Positions 9,594 to 19,966 of a DNA stretch of 64,000 nucleotides are shown piece by piece. Every line of letters begins with the position of its first letter. The stretch's first letter is position 1. The position numbers and the translations under genes are program-made. Under the pieces are notes generated by a model that was not told the origin of the DNA, did no database searches, and was given only the letters and a program-made list of their open reading frames with translations. Origin of the DNA: Dehalococcoidia bacterium (GTDB lineage Bacteria; Chloroflexota; Dehalococcoidia; Lucifugimonadales; UBA2985); assembly GCA_965218945.1 (NCBI GenBank), contig OZ244718.1, forward strand, positions 2,845,324-2,909,323, read 5' to 3'.

Positions 9594-10808
9594 TCAAGGA
9601 ACGGGGGCAGCGGAGAGCAGCTTCGCCACACGGTCCAGTATGCTGTGGCCCACGTCGTACTTGCTCATCAGCGGCAGCTCATCAACGCCGCCCTCGCGGT
9701 CCAGGAGGATGACCTTGTTGGTGTCGACGTTGAACCCGCTGTCGGGCGCGGTGATGTCGTTGGCGGCGATGAGGGCCATGTCCTTCCCCTCAAGCTTGAC
9801 GCGTGCGTTGGCCAGGAGGTCCTCGCTTTCGGCGGCGAAGCCTATTCGCAGGACGCCCTTGGGCACCTCCAAGAAGAAGTCGTTGTTCTTGACCAGGTTG
9901 AGCGTCATCCCCTCGCTGTCCGACACCTTCTTGATCTTCTGGTCGGCTATCTGGGCCGGGCGGTAGTCGCTGACGGCCGCCGCCATTATCAGGGCGTCCG
10001 CGCCGACGCAGGCGCTGAGCACGGCCTCCCGCATATCGGCGACCGTGACCACGCGGCGCATCTCCACGCCCGCGGGAATAGGAAGGGCGGTGGGAGCGGT
10101 GACCAGGGTCACCTTCGCGCCCCTGTCCCTGGCCGCCTGGGCCAGTGCGTAGCCCATCTTGCCGGAGGAGTGGTTTGTTATCACCCTCACCGGGTCAATT
10201 GGCTCCTGGGTGCCGCCGGCGCTGACCACAATGTGCTTGCCGGCCAGGTCGCCGTTGCGCCCCATAATCCCGTACAGGCTATCCACGATTTGCGCCGTAT
10301 CCACAAGTCGTCCCATCCCGCTCAGACCGGAGGCCAATCGACCGGCCGCCGGGCCGATGATGAATGCTCCGCGCTCTCGCAGCTTGTCGATGTTCTCCTG
10401 GGTGGCCGGGTTGTCGTACATGTGGCCGTCCATCGCCGGCGCAATGACCAGGGGAGCGGAGGACGCCAGGATGGTCGTCGTCAGGGCGTCGTCGGCCATG
10501 CCGTGGGCCAGCTTGGCTATGCAGTGGACGGTTGCGGGAGCCACCAGGATGAGGTCGGCCCTGTGCGCGAGGGCAACGTGCTCCACGGCCAGCTCCGACT
10601 GGGTGTCGAACATATCGGTGATGACGGGCCTGTGGGTCAGGCTCCGAAATGTCAGGGGCGTGATGAAGTTGGCCGCGCCCTGGCTCAGGATGACGTCAAC
10701 GTGCGCGCCCTCCTGCGCGAGCTTGCTGGCGAGGTCAGCGGCCTTGTAGCAGGCGATGCTACCCGTGACTCCAAGAACGATGTTGCTGTCTCTAAGCGGG
10801 TTATTCAT
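9594..10808 (-). CDS. coaBC: Phosphopantothenoylcysteine decarboxylase/ligase
   Basis: LGVTGSIACYKA, APAT, PAM, GGTQEPIDPVRVITNHSSGKMG and IGFAAES motifs. Confidence 0.97.
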   Translation of the reverse strand: MNNPLRDSNIVLGVTGSIACYKAADLASKLAQEGAHVDVILSQGAANFITPLTFRSLTHRPVITDMFDTQSELAVEHVALAHRADLILVAPATVHCIAKLAHGMADDALTTTILASSAPLVIAPAMDGHMYDNPATQENIDKLRERGAFIIGPAAGRLASGLSGMGRLVDTAQIVDSLYGIMGRNGDLAGKHIVVSAGGTQEPIDPVRVITNHSSGKMGYALAQAARDRGAKVTLVTAPTALPIPAGVEMRRVVTVADMREAVLSACVGADALIMAAAVSDYRPAQIADQKIKKVSDSEGMTLNLVKNNDFFLEVPKGVLRIGFAAESEDLLANARVKLEGKDMALIAANDITAPDSGFNVDTNKVILLDREGGVDELPLMSKYDVGHSILDRVAKLLSAAPVP

Positions 10809-11595
10809 GCTTCCCCTCCATACCTGCGGCCTTGGCGTTGATGTCGTAGATGAGCCTCAGGCCGACCAGTGTGAGATCCAGATTTACCGCATCGAAAATC
10901 GAGGTCTCCGATTCAATCAGGGGAGCCATACCTCCGGTGGCCACCACCTTGGTATTCCCCTCCATCTCAGCTTTGAAGCGACCCACCATCGCCTCCACCA
11001 TGCCCACGTGACCGAACACGATGCCGGACTGTATGCTGGCCGCGGTGCTGCGGCCGATGGCGTTCTTGGGCGGCACAAGCTCCACTCGCCGGAGCTGCGA
11101 CGTGCGCTCGTAGAGGGCCTCGGCGGTGAGGCGAATCCCGGAGGCGATTGCGCCGCCCAGGTACTCGCCGTCCTTGGACACGGCATCGAAGACGGTGGCG
11201 GTGCCGAAGTCCACGACTATTACGGGACCGCCGTAGAGGTTGAAGGCCGCGGCTGCGTCCACTACGCGGTCCGCTCCCACGTCACGAGGGTTGTCGTAAA
11301 GTATTTTCACTCCGGTCCGTGTACCCGTGCCAATCACAAGCGAGGGAACGTTGAAGTATGTGTTGCCAAGTTCCTCGAAGACGCCGGTCAGTGGAGGCAC
11401 AACGCTGCATATGGCGATGCTGTCGATGTCCTGGGGACTCACTCCCTTGATGGGAAGCATGTTCAGCAGTAGCAGGCCGTACTCGTCGGGGAGCCTGTGG
11501 GTATCCGTAGCCAGACGCCAAGTGGCCAGGAGGTCCTCATCCTGGAAGACCCCAAGAGTCACGTTGGTGTTACCGATGTCTATTGCCAGCAGCAT
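10801..11595 (-). CDS. coaX: Type III pantothenate kinase
   Basis: LLAIDIGNTN, VGADR, VDFGTATVFD and VVATGG motifs. Confidence 0.97.
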   Translation of the reverse strand: MLLAIDIGNTNVTLGVFQDEDLLATWRLATDTHRLPDEYGLLLLNMLPIKGVSPQDIDSIAICSVVPPLTGVFEELGNTYFNVPSLVIGTGTRTGVKILYDNPRDVGADRVVDAAAAFNLYGGPVIVVDFGTATVFDAVSKDGEYLGGAIASGIRLTAEALYERTSQLRRVELVPPKNAIGRSTAASIQSGIVFGHVGMVEAMVGRFKAEMEGNTKVVATGGMAPLIESETSIFDAVNLDLTLVGLRLIYDINAKAAGMEGKHE

Positions 11596-11654
11596 AGTCC
11601 ACCCCTAGCTGAATTATACCCAAGGGGGTTTGTCCCTTCAACCACGACAAGCCT

Positions 11655-13205
11655 TCATTCCCTCAGCTGCTTGATGGCCCGGGGCAGCTGAGGCAGCAGG
11701 TCTCCGGCCACCATACCGGCCTCTCCCAGCTCCGCTCTGACGCGCTCGCCGGCCGCGCCGTGGAGGTAGACGCCGCACACAGCGGCATCGAAGGGGGACG
11801 CGCCCTGGGCCAGCAGGCCCGCAATGGCCCCGGCCAGAACGTCCCCGGTCCCGGCTGAGGCGAGTCCAGGGTTAGCGAAGGGGCTTACCAGAACACGACC
11901 GTCCGGAGAGCCGACGGCCGTATACGCTCCCTTCAACGTCACTACTTTATCCCATTGCGCAGCGAATCTCCTTGCGGCGCTCAGACGGTCGGAGTTGATC
12001 TGCGCCGCGTCCGTTCCCGTGAGCCGCGACATCTCGCCGGGATGGGGCGTGACCACGGCCTCATTTCTTAGCTGTAACCACCACTCAGGCACTGAGGACA
12101 GGATGTTGAGGGCGTCGGCGTCCAGCGCCATAGGAGGCCCGGAGTAGCGATGGGTGAGGAGCGTCTGCCGGAGGAACGCGGAGGTATCCGGGCTCTGACC
12201 GAGACCGCAGCCTGCCAGCAGTGCCTGGTAACTGGGCGCCTCCGACAGCACAAGCTCCGAGGCCTCCGGGGACAGAGCGCCGTCTTTCTCTGGCAGAGGA
12301 AGAAAGGTGGTCTCGGTGAGCTTGGAGGCAAACACGGGCATAAGGCTCTGCGGCGCGGCCAGGGTCACGAGACCCGCTCCCGATCGCGCAGCCCCCATGC
12401 AGGCGAGGTACGCAGCGCCAATGTACCGGGGAGAGCCGGCGATCACCATCACCCTGCCGAATGTGCCCTTGTGGGCGTTCTGAGGCCTGCGGGGGAGAGC
12501 GCCCCTAACACGCTCCGGCGTTATCAGCTCCTGTGACACGTCCTCTGCCAGAGACGGCGGAATGCCGATGTACACCACCTCCAGCCGTCCCACGCGGTCG
12601 GCTCCCGGAAACGCGAAGTGGCCCACCTTGGGGTAACCCAAGGCTACCGTAACGTCCGCGTTAGGGCACAGAAGGTCCGCCTCGCCGGTATCGGCGTTGA
12701 GGCCGGTGGGAAGGTCCAGCGCCACGAGCTTCATCCTGACTCGCTCCGCCCTGGCCTTTGCCAGGCGCGACAGCACCCCGGCAAGTGTACCCTCGATTGG
12801 CCGCGACCTCCCAGTGCCGAGCAGAGCGTCTATCACAAGATACGCCCTCCCAAGCAGGTCGTCCAGCTGTTCGAATGAGGCGTCATCCTCCGCGCTGACA
12901 ACGGATACTCCGATGTCGGGCAGAAACTTGAGCTTGGGATCGTGCTTACTGCGAGGGAGGGCCAGGTAAACCGTCACGTCTGTGCCCCACTCCCAGAGGT
13001 GGCGGGCGGCCACCAGACCGTCGCCGCCGTTGTTGCCCGGGCCTACCAAGACCAGAAGCGACGCCCTTCGAACGACTTCCAGGCGCTCCCTGGCCTTCCG
13101 GGCTACAGCCAGCCCCGCATTCTCCATGAGGGTATCCATTGGGATGCCCTGCTGAACGCACCGCTCCTCTATGCGGCGCATCTCCTCAACCGTGACTATT
13201 TTCAT
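11655..13205 (-). CDS. nnr: Bifunctional NAD(P)H-hydrate epimerase/dehydratase
   Basis: LMENAG, GPGNNGGDG, HKGTFG, TPHPGEM and AGTGDVLAG motifs. Confidence 0.95.
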   Translation of the reverse strand: MKIVTVEEMRRIEERCVQQGIPMDTLMENAGLAVARKARERLEVVRRASLLVLVGPGNNGGDGLVAARHLWEWGTDVTVYLALPRSKHDPKLKFLPDIGVSVVSAEDDASFEQLDDLLGRAYLVIDALLGTGRSRPIEGTLAGVLSRLAKARAERVRMKLVALDLPTGLNADTGEADLLCPNADVTVALGYPKVGHFAFPGADRVGRLEVVYIGIPPSLAEDVSQELITPERVRGALPRRPQNAHKGTFGRVMVIAGSPRYIGAAYLACMGAARSGAGLVTLAAPQSLMPVFASKLTETTFLPLPEKDGALSPEASELVLSEAPSYQALLAGCGLGQSPDTSAFLRQTLLTHRYSGPPMALDADALNILSSVPEWWLQLRNEAVVTPHPGEMSRLTGTDAAQINSDRLSAARRFAAQWDKVVTLKGAYTAVGSPDGRVLVSPFANPGLASAGTGDVLAGAIAGLLAQGASPFDAAVCGVYLHGAAGERVRAELGEAGMVAGDLLPQLPRAIKQLRE

Positions 13206-13566
13206 CCACGCTCATCACTACGGAGGCCACGGCGTACTCCTGGGAATGGGAGAGGCTGATAGCCACCTGGGTAACGCCCATGCGCTCCGCCCTGGCTGCG
13301 CCGCGGGAGTGAAGGACTATGGCAGGCGGGCCGCCGCGGCTTCGGGTCACCTGGATGTCCTTCCAGCCGACGCCCCGGATGCCGGTGCCCAGGGCCTTCA
13401 TCACGGCCTCCTTGGCGGCGAAACGCGACGCCAGTTGGGGGATGCGTCCACGGCAGTAGGCCTGCTCCTCCGGCGTATAGATGCGGTCCAGGAACCGCTG
13501 TCCCCACCGTTCATACACCGCCTTTATGCGCGACAGTTCCACAATATCCACGCCTACGGTCAGCAT
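13186..13566 (-). CDS. acpS: Holo-ACP synthase
   Basis: GVDIVE, RFAAKEAVMKALGTG and ISLSHS motifs. Confidence 0.95.
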   Translation of the reverse strand: MLTVGVDIVELSRIKAVYERWGQRFLDRIYTPEEQAYCRGRIPQLASRFAAKEAVMKALGTGIRGVGWKDIQVTRSRGGPPAIVLHSRGAARAERMGVTQVAISLSHSQEYAVASVVMSVDENSHG

Positions 13567-13570
13567 AAGC

Positions 13571-14461
13571 TCACTGGACCCTTTCACGGGCGGGCGTCCC
13601 GCTCATCTCCAGGACCTGCGGTATGTATCGCTCCCAGCCAATGGCCATGATGTGGACGCCGTCGCAGATGTCCCGGGCCTCCCGGATAATCCGTGCGGCG
13701 ATTTGTATTCCTGCCTGGGCCTTGTCATTTGCGCTATCCATCTCGGCGATGAGATCGTCCGGGACGAGAACGCCGGGAATGTTCTGGTTCATGTTACGGG
13801 CCATTTCACCCGACTTGAGGAGGATTACGCCGGCGATGACGGGCGCGCCGAGGGGCTTCACAATCGCCATGAACTCTGCCAGCTGTGTCGTATCGAAGAC
13901 GGCCTGGGACTGGAAGAACTGCGCCCCCGCGCTTACCTTCTCCTCCATCCGTATTATCTCGTCGGCAAGCTCACTGGCGAAGGGGTTGACCGCTGCGCCC
14001 AGGTAGAAGCTGGGCGCGCCCCTCAGCCGGTTGCTGCCCATGTCCGTGCCTCCGTTGAGTGAGGTCGCCGCCTCCAGCAGCCTGATGGAGTCCAGGTCGA
14101 ACACCGTCTTGGCCTCCGGGTGGTCGCCGGCGCCTACGGGATCGCCCGTCAGGCACAGGACGTTCTCGACGCCCAGCACGTGGGCCGCAAGGAGGTCGCC
14201 CTGGATGGCGATACGGTTGCGGTCTCGGCACGTGACCTGAAGGATGGCTTCCAGACCGCGCTCCCGAATCAGGGGCGCAAGGGCGAGAGGGCTCACGCTC
14301 ATGTGGGATCCCGGGTGGTCGGTGAGGTTTACGGCGTCCACCAGCCCGCTCAGGACATCCGCCCTGGACAGGGTGTCCGTCATATCCACGCCCTTGGGAG
14401 GATTGATCTCCGCGGTAACGACGAAATTGCCGGACTGAAGAAGCTCGGATAGATGGGACAC
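13571..14461 (-). CDS. metF: Methylenetetrahydrofolate reductase
   Basis: TAEINPPKG, TCRDRNR, LTGDP, GAQFFQSQ and GVHIM motifs. Confidence 0.92.
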   Translation of the reverse strand: MSHLSELLQSGNFVVTAEINPPKGVDMTDTLSRADVLSGLVDAVNLTDHPGSHMSVSPLALAPLIRERGLEAILQVTCRDRNRIAIQGDLLAAHVLGVENVLCLTGDPVGAGDHPEAKTVFDLDSIRLLEAATSLNGGTDMGSNRLRGAPSFYLGAAVNPFASELADEIIRMEEKVSAGAQFFQSQAVFDTTQLAEFMAIVKPLGAPVIAGVILLKSGEMARNMNQNIPGVLVPDDLIAEMDSANDKAQAGIQIAARIIREARDICDGVHIMAIGWERYIPQVLEMSGTPARERVQ

Positions 14462-14597
14462 AGGGCCTCCTGATGATGCTCTGCCGGTGGAAGTTGGCTA
14501 ATTATATTCTCACGACTTATGGCGTGTCCACCGGGTCGTTGTTAGCAGAGGGTGAGTGTGCTAGGATTTTGGTGATGCTGTAGGCAGGAGGCTGTAC

Positions 14598-15491
14598 TTG
14601 AGCGCACTTATAATCGACGGCAACAGGATTGCCAAGGACATACGCGGCGAAGTTGCGGAGGGCGTGAAGGAGTTCAAGGCCAGTCGCGGATACGCTCCGG
14701 GCCTGGCGGCGGTCCTGGTGGGCGACGATCCCGCCTCCGCGGTCTACGTCCGCAACAAGGAACGAGCCTGCTCCGAGGTCGGCATCTTCTCGGAGACATT
14801 CAATCTGCCCCAAGACAGCGCCCAGAGCCAGGTCATCGAGCAGGTGCAGAAGCTCAACAGGGACGACCGCTTCCACGGCATACTGGTCCAGCTGCCGCTG
14901 CCTCCCCATATGGACGAGCGCGCCGTGATAGCCTCCCTGGACCCTGACAAGGACGTGGACGGCCTGCATCCGGTGAACATGGGCCGCCTGATGGAGGGAC
15001 GGCCTGTGTTCGTGCCGGGCACTCCCGCAGGCGTCCAGCAGCTGCTGGTGCGCACAGGCAACAGCCCGGAGGGCAAGAGCGTTGTGGTGTGCGGCCGCAG
15101 CGACATCGTTGGGAAGCCGGTCGCCATGCTCCTGATGCAAAAGCAGGAGGGGGCCAACGCCACCGTGACCGTCTGCCATACCGGGACCAGGGACCTGCCG
15201 CAGGTCACACGGTCGGCGGACATCCTGATTGCGGCTATGGGCCGCGCCAGGGCCATCACCGCGGACATGGTGAAGGAGGGAGCTGTGGTCATCGACGTGG
15301 GCATCAACCGCGTGGACGACTCCACCCGGCAGCGAGGCTACAGGCTGGAGGGGGACGTGGACTACGAGGAGGTATCGAAGAAGGCCGCGGCCATCACGCC
15401 TGTCCCAGGCGGCGTGGGGCCGATGACCGTGGCGATGCTGCTGAGCAACACCCTCAAGGCGGCGCAGCACAGGGCAGGCTCTCAGGCGTAG
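14598..15491 (+). CDS. folD: Methylene-THF dehydrogenase/cyclohydrolase
   Basis: YVRNK, ILVQLPLP, KDVDG, GRSDIVGKP and TPVPGGVGPMT motifs; TTG start with AGGAGG. Confidence 0.97.
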   Translation: MSALIIDGNRIAKDIRGEVAEGVKEFKASRGYAPGLAAVLVGDDPASAVYVRNKERACSEVGIFSETFNLPQDSAQSQVIEQVQKLNRDDRFHGILVQLPLPPHMDERAVIASLDPDKDVDGLHPVNMGRLMEGRPVFVPGTPAGVQQLLVRTGNSPEGKSVVVCGRSDIVGKPVAMLLMQKQEGANATVTVCHTGTRDLPQVTRSADILIAAMGRARAITADMVKEGAVVIDVGINRVDDSTRQRGYRLEGDVDYEEVSKKAAAITPVPGGVGPMTVAMLLSNTLKAAQHRAGSQA

Positions 15492-15566
15492 CTTTCTCCT
15501 GTGCCCTGGTAACGGCAGTATCGATGCTGCCCAGGCTCAAGAGAGCGCCATCAGAATCCGTCCGGC

Positions 15567-15935
15567 CTAGCTCCCGGATTTCAAGACCGCCGTGAAGACA
15601 AGCGCAAGGGCTGCCGGAACATAAAACATTCCAATAGAGGCAGCTGACAGTACGCAGAGGCCCGCAAGGCCCAGGGCGATTCCCCATAGAAGCGCGATGT
15701 TGGCGTTGCCCTTCCATACGGCCCGCAGTACGACGCCGGTAAGCAGTACCGGCACGAGAAGCACAAGAACGCCATACAGGCCAGCCACCTGTATCAGAGT
15801 AGAGGTGTGTGACTCACCGTTAGATGACCCGCTGTAGACGGGCCCAAGAGCCAGGAATATCCCGGCGACCCACGCCAAGGCATGAGCCACCCACGCTGAG
15901 ATAAGTACAGGTTTTACGGATCTGAATATCTGCAT
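15567..15935 (-). CDS. Small 4-TM membrane protein, tandem paralog 1
   Basis: Hydrophobic segments; shares MQIFRSVKPVLISAW with the next ORF. Confidence 0.75.
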   Translation of the reverse strand: MQIFRSVKPVLISAWVAHALAWVAGIFLALGPVYSGSSNGESHTSTLIQVAGLYGVLVLLVPVLLTGVVLRAVWKGNANIALLWGIALGLAGLCVLSAASIGMFYVPAALALVFTAVLKSGS

Positions 15936-16008
15936 CAGGACGCTGCGGCACGGGGCCGACTCTCAGACATAAGCTTTCTTCCCGTCTTCTTCGCTCTAAA
16001 ATTGCTCC

Positions 16009-16383
16009 CTACGCAACGGAACGACCTCTAGGATAGGTGAACGCCGTGAAGACCAGCGCAAGGGCCGCAGGCAGGTAGAACACTCCAATCGAGAGTATCG
16101 ATAAAGCGCATAACACCAACAGCAACACTGCACTACCCCAGAGAAGCAAGAAGCGCCTCATCTGGCTGATGTCAGCACGTCGGACTACCAACACCACAAT
16201 GCCCGTCAGCAGTACCGGCACGAAAAGCAACCAAATCACGTACAGACCGTTCTTCTCAACCAGAGAACTTGATGACCCACTGTAGACTGGCCCAAAAGCC
16301 AGGAAGATGCCGGCTATCCACGCCAGGCCGTGGGCCGCCCACGCTGAGATAAGTACAGGTTTTACGGATCTGAATATCTGCAT
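16009..16383 (-). CDS. Small 4-TM membrane protein, tandem paralog 2
   Basis: Paralog of 15567-15935. Confidence 0.75.
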   Translation of the reverse strand: MQIFRSVKPVLISAWAAHGLAWIAGIFLAFGPVYSGSSSSLVEKNGLYVIWLLFVPVLLTGIVVLVVRRADISQMRRFLLLWGSAVLLLVLCALSILSIGVFYLPAALALVFTAFTYPRGRSVA

Positions 16384-16593
16384 CAGGACGCTGCGGCACA
16401 GGGCCGAACCTTTCCAACGGTGTTACGAAGACTTCCGAACGCCAGGAACAATCATGTTGAATATTAGAGTCCATCGCCTATCTGGTCAACCACACTGAAA
16501 CGCCGACAGAGGACCATCTAACGGTTCGCCATTTCCCCTCTGTGATAAAATGCGCCTGAAGTAGTCCCCAAATTCTGAAGTGAGGTGCAAGCT

Positions 16594-17610
16594 ATGGTCG
16601 AGGGAGTGAATCGTCAGGTTGTGCTGGCAGCCCGGCCCGTTGGCTATCCACAGGAAGAGGACTTCCAGGTCAGAGACGCGCCCATGCCCACTCTGGGGGA
16701 GCGGCAGGTGCTTGTGCGCAACCTGTGGCTGTCCCTTGACCCGTACCAGCGCGGCCGCATGAGCGACGCCCCGTCCTACACCGCCTCAACTGAGATCGGC
16801 GACGTGATGACAGGAGGCACAGTTGGCAGGATAGTCGCCAGCAACAGCGGTGACTTTGCGACGGGCGAGATTGTCCAGGGGCAGCTCGGCTGGCAGGACT
16901 ACGCCGTCTCCAACGGGTCCAACCTCCGCAAGCTGGACCCAAGCCAGGCGTCGGTATCGACGGCCCTGGGCATTCTTGGAATGCCGGGACTCACCGCCTA
17001 CTTCGGGCTGTTCGAGGTGTGCCGGCCCAAGCCGGGTGATACGGTGGTGGTGTCGGCGGCCTCCGGGGCCGTCGGCGCGGTGGTCGGTCAGCTTGCCAAA
17101 ATGGCCGCCTGTCGAGTGGTGGGCACGGCGGGAACACAGCAGAAGATCGACTACATTACCGGGGAGCTTGGATTCGATGCCGGCATCAACTACAAGACGG
17201 AGGACGTAGGAGCGCGGCTCGAAGAGGCCTGCCCGGACGGCGTGGACGTCTACTTCGACAACGTGGGCGGCTTTGTGACCGACGCTGTGATGGAGGTTCT
17301 TGCTTACCGCGCCCGCATAGCCATCTGCGGCCAGATCTCCCAGTACAACCTTGAGACGCCGGACGACGGCCCCCGCAACCTCAGGAACCTGCTGACACGC
17401 CAGGCGACTATGGAGGGGTTCATCGTCGGCAGATTCGCCGACCGCAACGAGGAGGCCCTGCGCCGCCTCACTCGCTGGGTGAGCGAGGGCAGGCTCAAGT
17501 ACAAAGAGGACGTGGTTGAAGGGCTGCAAAATGCTCCACGCGCCTTTATGGGCCTGATGCGCGGAGAGAACTTCGGGAAGCAGTTAATCAGGGTCTCGGA
17601 CGACTCCTGA
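16594..17610 (+). CDS. NADP-dependent oxidoreductase (CurA/YncB, prostaglandin reductase-like MDR)
   Basis: LSLDPYQRGRM, GMPGLTAYFG, VSAASGAVG, YFDNVGG and GENFGK motifs. Confidence 0.93.
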   Translation: MVEGVNRQVVLAARPVGYPQEEDFQVRDAPMPTLGERQVLVRNLWLSLDPYQRGRMSDAPSYTASTEIGDVMTGGTVGRIVASNSGDFATGEIVQGQLGWQDYAVSNGSNLRKLDPSQASVSTALGILGMPGLTAYFGLFEVCRPKPGDTVVVSAASGAVGAVVGQLAKMAACRVVGTAGTQQKIDYITGELGFDAGINYKTEDVGARLEEACPDGVDVYFDNVGGFVTDAVMEVLAYRARIAICGQISQYNLETPDDGPRNLRNLLTRQATMEGFIVGRFADRNEEALRRLTRWVSEGRLKYKEDVVEGLQNAPRAFMGLMRGENFGKQLIRVSDDS

Positions 17611-17633
17611 CGGCGGGCGGCCCTGCTGCCAGT

Positions 17634-17715
17634 GGATGCCTGCTTTCGCAGGCATGGTTAGAATTACGCATAACGGATAGAGGCGTCGTAAGGGCGCTTC
17701 GCGAAGCGCCCTTAC
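17634..17715. repeat. Two REP-like palindromes (GTCAT-type remnant and a perfect 28-bp GTAG-like palindrome)
   Basis: GGATGCCTGCTTTCGCAGGCATG; GTAAGGGCGCTTCGCGAAGCGCCCTTAC at 17688-17715. Confidence 0.75.
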
Positions 17716-17763
17716 ATTAGCGTTTTTCCGAAGGAGAGGTCCGTAGAATTCAAGGGGTGTTCC

Positions 17764-18288
17764 GTGGAAATCCGCGAGCTGACCCAGAATGACTCCTTCA
17801 AATACCGAGGACTTAGACTGAGGGCCCTCAAGGAGCATCCAACGGCATTCAGCTCCTCGTATGAGGAACAGAAAGACTGGCCTCTGGAGGCTTTCGCTGA
17901 GCGGCTGCCCACGACTCCTGATTCAGCCGACTCCTTCATCCTTGGCTGTTTCGTCGAAGAGAACCTCATCGGTACAATTGGATTTCATCGAGAGAAGGAG
18001 CTCAAGCGGATGCACGTGGGTGCGATCGTCGGCATGCACGTCGCCGCCGAGCAACAAGGTAGAGGTGTCGGGCGGGCGCTGCTGCGAGCAGCCCTGGGAC
18101 GGGCGCGCCAAGAGCCGGGGCTTGCTCTTATCCAACTCTCGGTGGAGAGCACGAACGAGCCTGCAAAGTCACTGTATGCGTCCTTTGGCTTTGAGACTTA
18201 CGGCATCGAGAGGCAGGCCATATTCGTTGATGGCGAGTACTTCGACGAAGAACTGATGGCACTGAAGCTGGACTTGCCCACCGGGTGA
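17764..18288 (+). CDS. GNAT family N-acetyltransferase
   Basis: LRLRALKEHPTAF, MHV..EQQGRGVG and N..AKSLYASFGF motifs. Confidence 0.9.
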   Translation: MEIRELTQNDSFKYRGLRLRALKEHPTAFSSSYEEQKDWPLEAFAERLPTTPDSADSFILGCFVEENLIGTIGFHREKELKRMHVGAIVGMHVAAEQQGRGVGRALLRAALGRARQEPGLALIQLSVESTNEPAKSLYASFGFETYGIERQAIFVDGEYFDEELMALKLDLPTG

Positions 18289-18388
18289 GCGCTCACCCCT
18301 CCCGGACGCCCGTCCCTGCATCAAGTGCGGGGCAGGCTACACGGGCATGACAAACGGGAAGCATCTGCCCATTTCCAGGATCGGGGAT

Positions 18389-19261
18389 CTACGGCGCGAG
18401 GAACTCCGCCAGCGTCTCCGCCAGCTCGCGCGGCTGCTCGTATCCGATGTCGTGGCCGGAGTCCTGTATCCACACAGCCCTGCTGTTGGGCATGGCGGCC
18501 TGGGCAGCCTCCACGTTCTGCCTGCGACGCTGCAGATACTCCGGGTTGGCGCCCGTTCGGCCTGCGGCGGCCACCATGAGGACGGGGCACTGCACCCTAG
18601 GCAGCATATTATGAGTGGAGTCCGAGAACATAGCCCATAACATCTGCTGCTGATTCTCAAGCTCCAGGCACTCGTGGACGCTGCCGTCCGGGTCGATACG
18701 CACCATCGACATCACAATGTACTCAAGCTGCTCGCTCCAGCAGTGGTCGAACTGGCTCCGGAGCGCTCCCAGGTATCGCTCCCTGGGGCCGTAGATGTCC
18801 CTGGGACTGAGCCGCTCCTTGAACTCCTCCCACGTCACGTTGGGAGAGCGCGGGCCGGCGCCGAAACCGCCGTCGATCATCACCAGAGAGGCAACGCGGT
18901 CCGGGTGCAGCGCAGCGACGCTCAGGGCGACGCTGGCTCCCCATGAGTGACCCATGACAGCAGCGCGGTCTATGCCCAGCGTGTCCAGCGTTCCCACCAC
19001 GTCTCCGGCCAGGGTCGCCCAGTCGTAGCCTGTGGATGGCTGGTTCGTCTTCCCGTGGCCCCGCTGATCCGGGGCTATGATGCGCACGCGGTCACGAAGG
19101 TGCGGAATGGTCAGGTCGTACCAGTGGGACGAGGACGCAGCCCCGTGCAGCGCCACGGCGGGCGCGCCGTCGCCTCCCCAGTCCATATAGTGGACATTCA
19201 GGTCGCCAACCTTGAGCCACTGGCCCGGCGGGTGTGTCTTTTCCATCTCGCTTTGGTTCAT
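18389..19261 (-). CDS. Alpha/beta fold hydrolase
   Basis: LHG, DQRGHG, GHSWG nucleophile elbow and SGH catalytic His. Confidence 0.92.
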   Translation of the reverse strand: MNQSEMEKTHPPGQWLKVGDLNVHYMDWGGDGAPAVALHGAASSSHWYDLTIPHLRDRVRIIAPDQRGHGKTNQPSTGYDWATLAGDVVGTLDTLGIDRAAVMGHSWGASVALSVAALHPDRVASLVMIDGGFGAGPRSPNVTWEEFKERLSPRDIYGPRERYLGALRSQFDHCWSEQLEYIVMSMVRIDPDGSVHECLELENQQQMLWAMFSDSTHNMLPRVQCPVLMVAAAGRTGANPEYLQRRRQNVEAAQAAMPNSRAVWIQDSGHDIGYEQPRELAETLAEFLAP

Positions 19262-19332
19262 GTCGATCCTATAATAGCACGGCGGAGAGTCAGGCTAAAG
19301 GCCGCATATAGGGGGATGAGCAGACTCCCCGC

Positions 19333-19827
19333 CTGGATTCCCGATCGGAGTCGGGAATGACGGTTGGGATGGCGCGTTACTTGCATCGTCATTCGCGCGG
19401 AGGCAGGGATGGGAATGGCGGTTCGCGAACCGCCTCTACGCGGGTCATCGCCGTCTACGTTCAGGAATCCGGAGGCGGCGCGCCAATTGTCATTCTGAAC
19501 GGAGCGAAGTGAAGAATCCAAAGCCTCTGCCCGCAAAGCAGCGATGTCTTCAATGAAACCCTTGGATTCTTCGCGTAGTTTATCCTGAGCGTAGCCGAAG
19601 GGCTCAGAATGACATTCAACGGAGCCGCCGCGCGGGTTATTCAAAGGTCTCCTGAAGGGAGAGAAGACCACGCCCACGCCGAAATACTCCTTCCCTCGCC
19701 TGCGGGAGAAGGCTGGGAAGGAGATACCGGCCAGTTGCACATAGGTATCCCTCCGAGCCGGGCGTTCAGGGACGTCTTATCCGTGTCGAGATTCGCCCCG
19801 GATTCCCCTGGTCTCGCAGGAATGACG
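19333..19827. repeat. Cluster of REP-like palindromes from several families
   Basis: GGATTCCCG..CGGGAATGAC, GGCGGTTCGCGAACCGCC, the inverted pair GTCATTCTGA..GAAGAATCC / GGATTCTTC..TCAGAATGAC, and others. Confidence 0.8.
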
Positions 19828-19966
19828 ATATAGGCGCGCTCAGGACATTTATGTTGAATCATGTGAGCAGGAACAAACGATGCATTCGGCAAAGACAGCG
19901 GCGTACCCAGTGTGCTATCCTATCGGCAATTAGCTCCTTAAACTCTCTACGAACGGGAGGATTGCC

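Noticed and set aside
19333-19827. CRISPR array or integron attC array
   Set aside because: The palindromes differ in sequence and spacing, with no constant repeat/spacer period and no cas or intI gene
19258-19892. ORFs in REP-rich intergenic regions (also 53934-54671, 44558-44867)
   Set aside because: Translations of palindromic repeats with no RBS or protein-like features
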